UHGV virus genome: UHGV-0112814 | Reading direction: 5' to 3' (one strand) | Length of the DNA stretch: 39,031 nucleotides | Origin: a virus | Shown here: positions 29,407 to 37,424 of the stretch, in pieces | How positions within the stretch are numbered: the stretch's first letter is position 1 | Layout: each line of letters starts with the position of its first letter | The notes under the pieces: model-generated | What the model was told of the DNA's origin: nothing | Databases searched by the model: none | The model's input: only the letters and a program-made list of their open reading frames with translations | Program-made: the position numbers and the translations under genes

Positions 29407-29433
29407 TACCCACAGGTTATTTACCGATAGGTA
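29382..29433. promoter_or_regulatory. oR: three operator sites (29382..29393 perfect TACCTGCAGGTA; 29407..29418 and 29422..29433 variants)
   Basis: 12-bp palindrome and two degenerate copies in the cro-cI intergenic region. Confidence 0.6.
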
Positions 29434-29453
29434 ATCAAAGATAGAATTAAATC

Positions 29454-30140
29454 ATGGATAAATACGAACAAAGACGACTAAGGCTGATAGAGATAAGAGA
29501 CCGATTCTGTAATGGAAAGGCCTCAGAGTTGGCTCGTCGAATAGAAAGGGAACCATCATACGTTTCCAGAATGCTGTATCCGGAAGGAAAAAGCGGAAAA
29601 AAACGCATTGCTGACGATATGATGGAACTAATTGAAAAATCTTTTAATCTCCCACGCGGATGGATGGACATGCTTGCAGATAGCAAAGTTGGATCTGCAG
29701 ACCATCTTGAGTTTGCGGGTAACGTTCGTGCGGGTTTTGTTCCGGTAATTGGTGAAGCCGTTTTGGGAGTTGATGGCTCAGTGGATATGATTGAATTCAG
29801 ATCCGGTTGGTTAAGCATCTACAGTGGCGATAAAGATGCTTACGGTCTGAAGGTTAAGGGTGACAGCATGTGGCCAAGGATTCAGTCAGGAGAATATGTT
29901 GTTATTGAACCAAATACGCCAGTACATCCAGGTGATGAAGTCTTTGTAAGGACCAAAGATGGTCATAACATGATAAAGATCATGAACAAAACAAGAGACG
30001 GAGACTATCAGTTTAGTAGTATAAACAGCGATCACCGTCCAATCACTCTTCCTGTTGAAGAAGTTGATAAAATGCATTTTGTTTCAGCTATTGTGAAACA
30101 CACTAGGTACGTAGACCAGGACGATCTGCCAAAATTTTGA
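29454..30140 (+). CDS. cI: CI-type prophage repressor with C-terminal S24 (LexA-like) autopeptidase domain
   Basis: 228 aa; C-terminal GDSMWPRI ... GDEVFVR ... IKI is a LexA/S24 Ser-Lys dyad pattern; divergent from cro. Confidence 0.9.
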   Translation: MDKYEQRRLRLIEIRDRFCNGKASELARRIEREPSYVSRMLYPEGKSGKKRIADDMMELIEKSFNLPRGWMDMLADSKVGSADHLEFAGNVRAGFVPVIGEAVLGVDGSVDMIEFRSGWLSIYSGDKDAYGLKVKGDSMWPRIQSGEYVVIEPNTPVHPGDEVFVRTKDGHNMIKIMNKTRDGDYQFSSINSDHRPITLPVEEVDKMHFVSAIVKHTRYVDQDDLPKF

Positions 30141-30451
30141 GGATAAAGCAGCAAATGTTTATACCAGGTATAGTGGTCGCTGTTGTAATCATCTGCTTCA
30201 TATGGGCAAAGTTATCTCCTGTAAGCTCTAAGCATACAGCTGAACTCATGAAGAAGAAGCATCTTATACATGAGGCAGAAACGATAATTAAGAAGTTCAA
30301 AGGCATGTCATATGACGACATGTCATCAGATCAGATTGCTATGTATAAATGCGCCATTGAGCGTCTTGACCACTTAAACGGACTCAAACCCAAACACACC
30401 CCGGTAGAATCAAAATTGCCGCAATGGCCAAGCAATCCAAATAGCTTCTGA
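30137..30451 (+). CDS. Small membrane-anchored protein co-transcribed with cI (candidate lysogen-expressed exclusion function)
   Basis: 104 aa; N-terminal TM helix MFIPGIVVAVVIICFIWA; start overlaps the cI stop; followed by a strong terminator. Confidence 0.6.
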   Translation: MRIKQQMFIPGIVVAVVIICFIWAKLSPVSSKHTAELMKKKHLIHEAETIIKKFKGMSYDDMSSDQIAMYKCAIERLDHLNGLKPKHTPVESKLPQWPSNPNSF

Positions 30452-30462
30452 CATCTCCTTTC

Positions 30463-30486
30463 AGCCCGCAAAGCGGGCTTTTTTAT
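30463..30486 (+). terminator. Intrinsic terminator ending the cI operon
   Basis: agcccgc-aaa-gcgggct perfect stem followed by ttttttata. Confidence 0.75.
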
Positions 30487-30548
30487 ATCAATCCAAAAAA
30501 TTAATTACCTGAAAATTCAAACAGGTAAACTCTCACACCAATTTTATT

Positions 30549-30585
30549 TACCTGCAGGTATAGACAACAGTTTTACCTGCAGGTA
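30549..30585. promoter_or_regulatory. oL: two perfect TACCTGCAGGTA operators (30549..30560, 30574..30585) overlapping pL
   Basis: Same 12-bp palindrome as in oR, centre-to-centre spacing 25 bp. Confidence 0.6.
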
Positions 30586-30589
30586 TATT
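30561..30589 (+). promoter_or_regulatory. pL promoter (-35 tagaca, -10 tatatt), predicted +1 near 30597
   Basis: 17-bp spacing; downstream leader atcagcaggacgcac... matches the lambda pL transcript start. Confidence 0.55.
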
Positions 30590-30630
30590 TTAAGCCATCA
30601 GCAGGACGCACTAACCACCATGAAGGTGAT

Positions 30631-30660
30631 GCTCTTAAAAATTAAGCCCTGAAGAAGGGC
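30631..30660 (+). promoter_or_regulatory. nutL (boxA gctcttaaa, boxB gccctgaagaagggc at 30646..30660)
   Basis: gctcttaaaaattaagccctgaagaagggcagca matches lambda nutL. Confidence 0.85.
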
Positions 30661-30858
30661 AGCATTCAAAGCAGAAGTCTTTTGGATTGGATGAATGCGC
30701 AGGCTGATGCTCGACCAATGTATAAACAGCGCTCATGGCAAGCAGTAACCAATCTGCGCCTCAAGACAGCGTCACTGGTAGTGCGGGCGCTCTAACCAGT
30801 AAGCCGGAGTTCAGCGCCGGCCATCCAATCACCAAAGCTAACTGACAGGAGAATCCAG

Positions 30859-31185
30859 ATGGATGCACAAACACGCCGCCGCGAACGTCGCGCAGAGAAA
30901 CAGGCTCAATGGAAAGCAGCAAATCCCCTGTTGGTTGGGGTAAGCGCAAAACCAGTTAACCGCCCTATTCTCTCGCTGAATCGCAAACCGAAATCACGAG
31001 TAGAAAGCGCACTGAATCCGATAGACCTTACGGTGCTGGCTGAATACCACGAACAGATTGAAAGCAACCTGCAACGTATTGAGCGCAAGAATCAGCGCAC
31101 ATGGTACAGCAAGCCACGCAGTGAAATGGGTGTGACTTGTGTTGGTCGCCATAAAACGAAGGGCAAATCCATCGCATTAATCTGA
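30859..31185 (+). CDS. N: Antiterminator N (lambda N)
   Basis: MDAQTRRRERRAEKQAQWKAANPLLVGVSAKPVNRPILSLNRKPKSRVESALNPIDLTVLAEYH ... is lambda N, including the Arg-rich boxB-binding motif. Confidence 0.95.
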   Translation: MDAQTRRRERRAEKQAQWKAANPLLVGVSAKPVNRPILSLNRKPKSRVESALNPIDLTVLAEYHEQIESNLQRIERKNQRTWYSKPRSEMGVTCVGRHKTKGKSIALI

Positions 31186-31193
31186 GGTGGCCC

Positions 31194-31295
31194 ATGAAGA
31201 ACAGCATCAAGTGCCCGGTATGCGGTCGTGACTTCGATCCACGCACTCCGGTCTGCCACATCAGCAAGTATCACCAGTCAGCGAAGAACTGCTAG
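31194..31295 (+). CDS. Small Cys-rich (zinc-ribbon-like) ORF just downstream of N
   Basis: Own translation MKNSIKCPVCGRDFDPRTPVCHISKYHQSAKNC; RBS gaggtgg; below track cutoff. Confidence 0.3.
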   Translation: MKNSIKCPVCGRDFDPRTPVCHISKYHQSAKNC

Positions 31296-31354
31296 CTGGA
31301 GAAGATACGCGATGCCCGGCGGCAATATTTCAAAGTAACAGCGAGTGAGGTTCG

Positions 31355-31696
31355 GTGATGGAAAATAAAACGGCTAACGGGATGTACGTACTGCGTGGTG
31401 AGCTGAAAAAGGGACTGATAGCGGAGCTGGTAAAGGCATACGACCAGCTGACTCAGGAGTCAGAAAAATTAAAGATCCTCGGACTCAGGTATAACACCCC
31501 TCGACGCATTGTTTATGGCTTTATGTATGAGGTTGCAGCATTAACCGTCAAGGAAATTATGTTTAAAACTGAGGGTGGCTTTTACATCCCACAGGATGAC
31601 TTCGAATCGAGCGACGATATCGATTCATTAGCCAAAGAGATCATCGATGTAATTGACTGTAATGGCGCATTCCTTGAGCGCCTTCTTAAGGAGTAG
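31355..31696 (+). CDS. Hypothetical early-left protein (acidic C-terminus)
   Basis: 113-aa ORF with no recognisable motif; first sizeable gene after N. Confidence 0.55.
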   Translation: MMENKTANGMYVLRGELKKGLIAELVKAYDQLTQESEKLKILGLRYNTPRRIVYGFMYEVAALTVKEIMFKTEGGFYIPQDDFESSDDIDSLAKEIIDVIDCNGAFLERLLKE

Positions 31697-31697
31697 C

Positions 31698-31836
31698 CAT
31701 GAAAAAACTGTATGAAAAACTCCCGTTCGTAGTGCAGGGGGTCATTTTGGGTCTGCTTATCACTGCGGCCATTCTTCTGTCTACCCCGCCAGTCGTCATG
31801 TTTCTTCGTTGGTGGTTCAGAGTTTGGGGTGTCTGA
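31698..31836 (+). CDS. Small hydrophobic membrane peptide (46 aa), translationally coupled to the upstream gene
   Basis: Own translation MKKLYEKLPFVVQGVILGLLITAAILLSTPPVVMFLRWWFRVWGV; strong aaggag RBS; ATG 2 nt after the upstream stop. Confidence 0.4.
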
Positions 31837-31911
31837 TCGGCGCAAGCATTACGCACAGAACGAATCGAGCGGGTCGAGTGGCCTGCGGTGAATAAACAAA
31901 GGGGTGAGGGT

Positions 31912-32094
31912 ATGGAAAATTTGGACAATGAACTGAAAAGAGTAGTTCAGGAACTGGCCAATGAAGAAGGCATCAGTTTTGCCGATGCCGTGGACGTTTC
32001 GATTAAGACGCTTCGTTACGAAATTCAGCACAGAAAGTCTTTTAATGGGTCGCCTGACCCCGATGGAGGCGCATCAGGAGTAGAGGTACGCTGA
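31912..32094 (+). CDS. Hypothetical small protein
   Basis: ORF-track 31888..32094; internal ATG at 31912 (MENLDNELK) preferred. Confidence 0.4.
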   Translation: MENLDNELKRVVQELANEEGISFADAVDVSIKTLRYEIQHRKSFNGSPDPDGGASGVEVR

Positions 32095-32233
32095 CCAAAT
32101 ATCGAAGCGGCAAACAAAAATCGCTGGGGTTTGACGATTGGTGTAACTGGATAGATACGGAACTTGGTGGGATAAATAACAGGTAACTTAAGCGTATTTA
32201 CTTTCGCAGCAAACCACTTATTTGAGGTGATAT

Positions 32234-32683
32234 ATGGAAGAACAAGCAAACAAGATTCTCGTAGAACTACTGCAAAAAGCCAGTAATGGAATAGACGCGG
32301 CTGTTTCATTCAGCCAGGCACAGATTCCTGATGTTGTTCATCAGTTGCTGCTATGGAATATGGTTGACAGTCTGATTAAAACATTAATGGCCATTCTAAC
32401 AATCCCACTGGTTTTCTGGTTTATGAAGAAGCAGTGCCAAAGAGTTGAGACAGGTAAAATCGGTGATGAAGGATATTCATGGGAGAAAGGAAATCCCAAA
32501 TACATGCCGACAATGGTTTGGGATAGCAAAGGTGATATTAATCTTCTTATCATGCCATTGGTTGTAGTTTTGACTCTGTGGGGGATTTTTATTATTGGTG
32601 TAGTAACCAATATGACTTGGTTAAAAATTTGGCTGGCCCCAAAGCTTTACCTTATCGAATATGCAGCATCATTGGTTAAGTAA
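32234..32683 (+). CDS. Two-TM membrane protein, moron-like (candidate superinfection exclusion/abortive infection)
   Basis: 149 aa with two hydrophobic segments (LIKTLMAILTIPLVFWFM; INLLIMPLVVVLTLWGIFIIGVV); preceded by a 139-bp gap with a possible promoter and followed by a terminator. Confidence 0.6.
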   Translation: MEEQANKILVELLQKASNGIDAAVSFSQAQIPDVVHQLLLWNMVDSLIKTLMAILTIPLVFWFMKKQCQRVETGKIGDEGYSWEKGNPKYMPTMVWDSKGDINLLIMPLVVVLTLWGIFIIGVVTNMTWLKIWLAPKLYLIEYAASLVK

Positions 32684-32688
32684 TTTCA

Positions 32689-32712
32689 GGCCGCATAGTC
32701 GGCCTTTATTTT
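32689..32712 (+). terminator. Intrinsic terminator after the membrane-protein moron
   Basis: ggccg-catagt-cggcc stem followed by tttatttt. Confidence 0.5.
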
Positions 32713-32729
32713 GGGCATAAACAACAGAG

Positions 32730-33026
32730 GTGAATATGAAATATACGCCAGGTCCATGGAAGTGGTGGACAAGTAACAGCTTCCTGCGATTAAGCAGCCA
32801 GGCTACAGGTAAAGATGGTGGAGTAATTGACTCTTATGTGATGCGTGATGGTCATCCTTCACTGCGCGTTAGCAAAGAAGATATGGCTCTAATAGCTGCA
32901 GCTCCAGATTTACTCGAAGCTCTGCAAGATTTGCTTATTCGTGTCGCTGATGATGAAGAGTATGGGCCTGAACATGCAATTACTCGGGCTCGCGCAGCAA
33001 TCAGTAAGGCTCTTGGGGAGGAGTGA
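32730..33026 (+). CDS. Hypothetical protein
   Basis: 98-aa ORF; stop overlaps the next start. Confidence 0.5.
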   Translation: MNMKYTPGPWKWWTSNSFLRLSSQATGKDGGVIDSYVMRDGHPSLRVSKEDMALIAAAPDLLEALQDLLIRVADDEEYGPEHAITRARAAISKALGEE

Positions 33027-33280
33027 TGGGTAATTTAGATAACGGTGGTTATGCATTCCCTATTCCGAATGCAGATTTTCAGACGTTTGCACCACACACT
33101 GTTGATGAATATAGGCGCATTCAATCAGGAATGACATTACGTGATTACTTCGCGGCAAAGGCTATGCAAGCAATGATTAGCAATCCATCGATTATCGATA
33201 ATGATTCTGATGGAGCTGTTAATTATGCAGCAAGCGCTGCATATAAGTTTGCAGACGCAATGCTCAAAGCTCGCGAATAA
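33023..33280 (+). CDS. Hypothetical protein
   Basis: 85-aa ORF, translationally coupled to the upstream gene. Confidence 0.5.
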   Translation: MMGNLDNGGYAFPIPNADFQTFAPHTVDEYRRIQSGMTLRDYFAAKAMQAMISNPSIIDNDSDGAVNYAASAAYKFADAMLKARE

Positions 33281-33375
33281 GCACTGTGTATTCATTCCAA
33301 CGAGTGAATACACGGAGCAATGTCGCTCGTAACTAAACAGGAGCCGACTTGTTCTGATTATTGGAAATCTTCTTT

Positions 33376-33401
33376 GCCCTCCAGTGTGAGGGCCTTTTTA
33401 T
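33376..33401 (+). terminator. Intrinsic terminator in the early-left operon, upstream of the cIII-like gene
   Basis: gccctc-cagtgt-gagggc perfect stem followed by ctttttatat. Confidence 0.55.
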
Positions 33402-33465
33402 ATGCATACCAATAACGCTTCACTCGAGGCGTTTTCGTTATGCAATCAAACAGAAGGAGCATCCT

Positions 33466-33636
33466 ATGCAACAGTTCGCTATTGCAGGGGCGGCATCGGT
33501 TCGCCCTTTCAACCCGATTTTATCGGTGCAGCATTCACGAAAAAATATTTTAACCGGAGCAGACTTTAAACAACCTCGCGTTAAGAGCTTGCTGGATCGT
33601 CTTGTTGAGTTTCTGAATCAAAAGGTACAGCCATGA
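33466..33636 (+). CDS. cIII: CIII-like small protein (possible FtsH inhibitor)
   Basis: 56 aa, MQQFAIAGAA ... KSLLDRLVEFLNQ loosely resembles lambda CIII; RBS aaggag. Confidence 0.45.
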   Translation: MQQFAIAGAASVRPFNPILSVQHSRKNILTGADFKQPRVKSLLDRLVEFLNQKVQP

Positions 33637-33797
33637 AAAAACCAACTTACGAGGAACTGGAAGAAGCCCTGAAAGAGCTTAGAAGAATAGCTTTCGCCAG
33701 ACGCACTAACTCTCACAACTGCGGCCCATTTCAGTACTCGGATTTATGCGAGGACATCATTGAGGTAACTCAACTGATTAAGGTCGTTAAGCAATGA
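33633..33797 (+). CDS. Small hypothetical protein (54 aa)
   Basis: Own translation MKKPTYEELEEALKELRRIAFARRTNSHNCGPFQYSDLCEDIIEVTQLIKVVKQ; start overlaps the cIII-like stop. Confidence 0.35.
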   Translation: MKKPTYEELEEALKELRRIAFARRTNSHNCGPFQYSDLCEDIIEVTQLIKVVKQ

Positions 33798-33878
33798 GTA
33801 TTGCGGATACATGGTCAGACGAAGAATTCATTCGTCAGATGAACAAAATGCTCAATCAGCACAAAGAACAGGATAAAG

Positions 33879-34190
33879 ATGATGATTCTGACTCTGAATG
33901 ATAAGCGTGAAATATCGCAAATAATCGCAAGTTTTACTGATGAAGATTACGAACGAATCAACAGTGAAGTTGATCGCCTCTGCAAACGTTGCGACCCAAT
34001 AAGCGAAATGCTTCGCTCATATAAACCAGATGAACACACTAAGGACGCTATCGACTGGCTGGAAGATGATGACTGTAACTATCAGGAAAAAGCCGCTGAA
34101 TGGTTCTGGGATGCAATAACCGAAAGAGTTAAGGCTGAATATGCCTTCGCAATATTCAAACGCAGACACATTTTTGGAGAAGCAGCATGA
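33879..34190 (+). CDS. Hypothetical protein
   Basis: 103-aa ORF immediately upstream of recT with stop/start overlap. Confidence 0.5.
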   Translation: MMILTLNDKREISQIIASFTDEDYERINSEVDRLCKRCDPISEMLRSYKPDEHTKDAIDWLEDDDCNYQEKAAEWFWDAITERVKAEYAFAIFKRRHIFGEAA

Positions 34191-35098
34191 GCAATATCGT
34201 TGAATTCGTTAAACAGCAAGAGCAGTTATTCTGCGGAGCATTGACTGAACAGACGGTGACATGGGCTAAGGAAAGCCAGTTTGCAATTCAGTATTTCCAG
34301 AAAAATGATTACCTGGCTAAAACTGCACTGGCAAATCCAACCAGCGCACAGAACGCCATCATCAATGTTGCGGCGATCGGCATCACCTTAAACCCGGCTA
34401 GCAAACTGGCTTATCTGGTTCCGCGCGACGGCATGGTGTGCCTTGATATCAGCTATATGGGATTACTACATATTGCAATGGAGTCTGGTGTTATCTCATG
34501 GGGTCAGGCAAAGCTTGTTCATGCTAACGATACTTATGAGTCAAACGGACTTGATAAAGCACCAACCCATAAATACAACGCCTTCGGTGATCGTGGCGAT
34601 ATCGTTGGTGTTTACTGCACAGTTAAGACGCCAGCAGGTGATTATCTAACGGAAGAGATGAGTCTGGCTGAAATTGAGGCTGTAAGGAAAACAAGCAAGG
34701 CGGCATTCAGCGATAAAGGACCATGGGTAAATCACTGGAATGAGATGGCGCGAAAGACGGTCGTAAAGCGTGCAAGCAAGTATTGGCCTAAGGCATCACG
34801 TCTTGATAGTGCTATTCACGTACTAAACGAAGAAGAAGGTGTATGGACTGAACCAGTTATGCCGCACAAATCAGAGGAAGATATACGCGAAGATGAACGG
34901 AAACGCCAGCAGGAAATAACGGATAAAGCACAACTTCTTTGTGATGAAATGGCTCAGGCTGAAAACATGGATGATTTGAAGAGATATTTTGCAGAAGCAT
35001 ATCGCCTGACATCTGGAATGAAATTGCAGCAGAACATACAAGCCATTTACATAGAATGCAAAGCGAAACTGGAGGTTGCCAGTGAGCAAACTATATGA
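34187..35098 (+). CDS. recT: RecT-family single-strand annealing recombinase
   Basis: 303 aa; pattern INVAAIGITLNP ... LAYLVPRDG ... ISYMGLLHIA ... WNEMARKTVVKR typical of RecT/Redbeta proteins. Confidence 0.8.
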   Translation: MSNIVEFVKQQEQLFCGALTEQTVTWAKESQFAIQYFQKNDYLAKTALANPTSAQNAIINVAAIGITLNPASKLAYLVPRDGMVCLDISYMGLLHIAMESGVISWGQAKLVHANDTYESNGLDKAPTHKYNAFGDRGDIVGVYCTVKTPAGDYLTEEMSLAEIEAVRKTSKAAFSDKGPWVNHWNEMARKTVVKRASKYWPKASRLDSAIHVLNEEEGVWTEPVMPHKSEEDIREDERKRQQEITDKAQLLCDEMAQAENMDDLKRYFAEAYRLTSGMKLQQNIQAIYIECKAKLEVASEQTI

Positions 35099-35564
35099 AA
35101 TTGCCAATGAATACGCAAAATTGATGGATTCAGATTTAGAACCAGAGATGATTGCTGACACAATAGAAGGCATGGAAGGAGAATTTACCGATAAAATAGA
35201 ACAACTTCTTTCCGTCATTAAAAATGAATCTGGTTATGCCGAACGCCTCAAGGAAGAGGCAAAGTCACTGAATGAGCGAGCCGCAGTAATTCAAAATAAG
35301 ATTGACAGCATCAAATCATATATAGCGTCATCGCTTGAAATGGTTGGCAAGAAAAATATTCGAGCAGGTATTCACCAGGTAACAATCCGCAAACCGTCAG
35401 AAATTGTAGAAATAATCGACTCAAGCGCCCTTCCTCCTGAATACGTTGAGTTTGAAACGACAATTAAAGCCGACAAACTGGCAATCAAGCACCAACTAAA
35501 AGCAGGAATAAATATTCCCGGTGCTCAACTCAAGGTTGGGAAACCTTCACTTCTTATCAAATAA
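35082..35564 (+). CDS. Gp157-family protein (accessory to recombination genes); GTG start
   Basis: ORF-track 35076..35564; GTG at 35082 has the better ggagg RBS spacing. Confidence 0.55.
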   Translation: MSKLYEIANEYAKLMDSDLEPEMIADTIEGMEGEFTDKIEQLLSVIKNESGYAERLKEEAKSLNERAAVIQNKIDSIKSYIASSLEMVGKKNIRAGIHQVTIRKPSEIVEIIDSSALPPEYVEFETTIKADKLAIKHQLKAGINIPGAQLKVGKPSLLIK

Positions 35565-35575
35565 CGGTATCGCCT

Positions 35576-35890
35576 ATGAAAAAGACTCCATGGGAGAAAT
35601 GGGAAGTCGATTTCTTGCGCGAAGTAGCGGCGACAATGCCAGTTGAAGTTATCGCTGAAAAACTGGGAAGGACTGAAAAAGCAGTAATGGCGAAAGCAAC
35701 AAGGATTGGCGCTGACATTGTTAGCCGACTTCGTGGAAGACGATGGACAAGAGCCGAAGTATCACTTTTCGGTAAGTTCTCCGCAGAAGAAATAGCAATT
35801 GCAACCTGCCGCTCAATTTATTCAGTAAGAGCTATGCGATACAAGCTAAAAAAACTCGATGAAGAAAGAGCAGGCATACGAATAAATTAA
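35576..35890 (+). CDS. Hypothetical protein with two internally similar ~40-aa segments
   Basis: 104-aa ORF; the two halves share W..EV..L...EEIA..R..AV.A pattern. Confidence 0.5.
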   Translation: MKKTPWEKWEVDFLREVAATMPVEVIAEKLGRTEKAVMAKATRIGADIVSRLRGRRWTRAEVSLFGKFSAEEIAIATCRSIYSVRAMRYKLKKLDEERAGIRIN

Positions 35891-35906
35891 CATGGAGTAA
35901 TTAACA

Positions 35907-36188
35907 ATGAAGCTAAACATCGACCTCGGAAAATACGTTATTACCGGAACCAAACACGACCTGATTCTTAGCGAAAGAGGAATTATCAAAGAAGGCGAGA
36001 ATGCAGGGAAAGAAACACTAAGTCGTATCGGTTATTACAGCAAGTTTGAGCATCTGGTTAAAGAGTTATGCAACCGTGAAATCCTGTTATCTCAGGCGCA
36101 GACGCTACAGGATATTCAGCAGCATATCGAAACTTTAGGTATGTCACTTAGCATGGCTGTTGACCAGTTCGTGGAGAGTAAATCATGA
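35907..36188 (+). CDS. Hypothetical protein
   Basis: 93-aa ORF in the early-left operon. Confidence 0.5.
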   Translation: MKLNIDLGKYVITGTKHDLILSERGIIKEGENAGKETLSRIGYYSKFEHLVKELCNREILLSQAQTLQDIQQHIETLGMSLSMAVDQFVESKS

Positions 36189-36349
36189 GAGGACTTGCAT
36201 ACAATCCCGGCATTCTTCCGGCAGAAATGATTATTCGCCAACGCGTAAAGCCAATGCCATCGAGAGAGGAATTGCTTAAGAGAAAGAGTTTCGGTTCTGT
36301 TAATGACAACAAATATCTGAATGCTATGTGGCGGAGTGGGAAGAAATGA
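36185..36349 (+). CDS. Small hypothetical protein (54 aa)
   Basis: Own translation [54 protein letters not shown]; ATGA overlaps on both sides. Confidence 0.3.
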   Translation: MRGLAYNPGILPAEMIIRQRVKPMPSREELLKRKSFGSVNDNKYLNAMWRSGKK

Positions 36350-36936
36350 AACAAATGACACTAATTGAGATGGATGGCTTTCTGAAAGGTAAATGCATCC
36401 CACGAGATTTAAAGGTTAACGAAACAAACGCTGAATATCTGGTGCGTAAATTTGCTGAAGCGGAGGCCAAGTGCGCGGCGCTGGCTTCGGAGAATGCGGG
36501 GCTGAAGGCTGCGTTTGACAAGCCTCAAGCCTATCTATCCTGGCACACTATCCCGCCAACATGGGAAGACCCTCTCCCGTGCGGTGAGTATCTTGATGTT
36601 CACGATGATGCTGGCCACAAGAATTCCGACGGTACTGATTGCTGGCCGGTATATGCCAAGCCAGAAATCAACACCCCGGCCACCGACGCTTTCCTGGCTG
36701 AAGTACGGGCGCAAGCCCACAAGGAAGGCGCTCACTTTGTTGCCAACCGAACGCTGGCTGCATGGGAGGCTGGTTTTATTGATGATACTGCGAAGAACGC
36801 CGCTGATATTGCCCGGATGATTCTTACCTCTACTGAGTTTATGGCTAATGCGCCGGAAGGCGATTTCGATCGCTCGTTCGCTGATGGTGTACTCGAAGAC
36901 ATCGCCGCCCAGCTTCGCAAAGGAGCCTCGCTATGA
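36346..36936 (+). CDS. Hypothetical protein
   Basis: ORF-track 36328..36936; ATG at 36346 overlaps the upstream stop. Confidence 0.5.
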   Translation: MKQMTLIEMDGFLKGKCIPRDLKVNETNAEYLVRKFAEAEAKCAALASENAGLKAAFDKPQAYLSWHTIPPTWEDPLPCGEYLDVHDDAGHKNSDGTDCWPVYAKPEINTPATDAFLAEVRAQAHKEGAHFVANRTLAAWEAGFIDDTAKNAADIARMILTSTEFMANAPEGDFDRSFADGVLEDIAAQLRKGASL

Positions 36937-37145
36937 GAAAATATCCGAGAGTTGAAGGTGTCTTGTCTAAAAAGAAAAACACTTCCGCGAAATGTCGTTG
37001 TGGCGCAGTGGCTAAATATAAAACCACGGTGCAGGTAGATATTTTTCGTGGCGATGATGAGGTTTTCTGGTCATGTGCCGAACACAAAAATGACTGTGTG
37101 TTTCTGCTAGATGGCGCAGTCGAGAGCAAAGGAGCATCCCAATGA
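36933..37145 (+). CDS. Small Cys-rich hypothetical protein
   Basis: 70-aa ORF with CRCG ... C ... H ... C spacing suggestive of a zinc-binding fold. Confidence 0.5.
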   Translation: MRKYPRVEGVLSKKKNTSAKCRCGAVAKYKTTVQVDIFRGDDEVFWSCAEHKNDCVFLLDGAVESKGASQ

Positions 37146-37423
37146 CAGCACTCAACAAACAGGCGCTGCGCCAAACAGCTGAGAAAGCTCAAGAGCATGG
37201 CGTGTTCAACATGGATATACATTCACAAACCGTTCTGGCGCTGCTGGATGAGCTGGAAGCCGCAGAGAAGCGGATTGCTGAGCTGGAGCGTAAAGAACAG
37301 CACAGTGACCGACAGTCAGTAATTGATGCGTTGGCTAGTTCGGGTGAGGAATGGAGTGATATCGAAGAATACATGCAGAAGTGGGACGCGGAACGCGCCG
37401 CCGCAGCCGGTAAAGGAGAGTGA
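37142..37423 (+). CDS. Hypothetical coiled-coil protein
   Basis: 93-aa ORF; heptad-like LLDELEAAEKRIAELERKE. Confidence 0.5.
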   Translation: MTALNKQALRQTAEKAQEHGVFNMDIHSQTVLALLDELEAAEKRIAELERKEQHSDRQSVIDALASSGEEWSDIEEYMQKWDAERAAAAGKGE

Positions 37424-37424
37424 A

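Noticed and set aside
30506-30527. tacctg-N10-caggta as a third oL operator
   Set aside because: Half-sites match the operator but the 10-bp spacer breaks the 12-bp palindrome geometry; probably a relic rather than a functional site.
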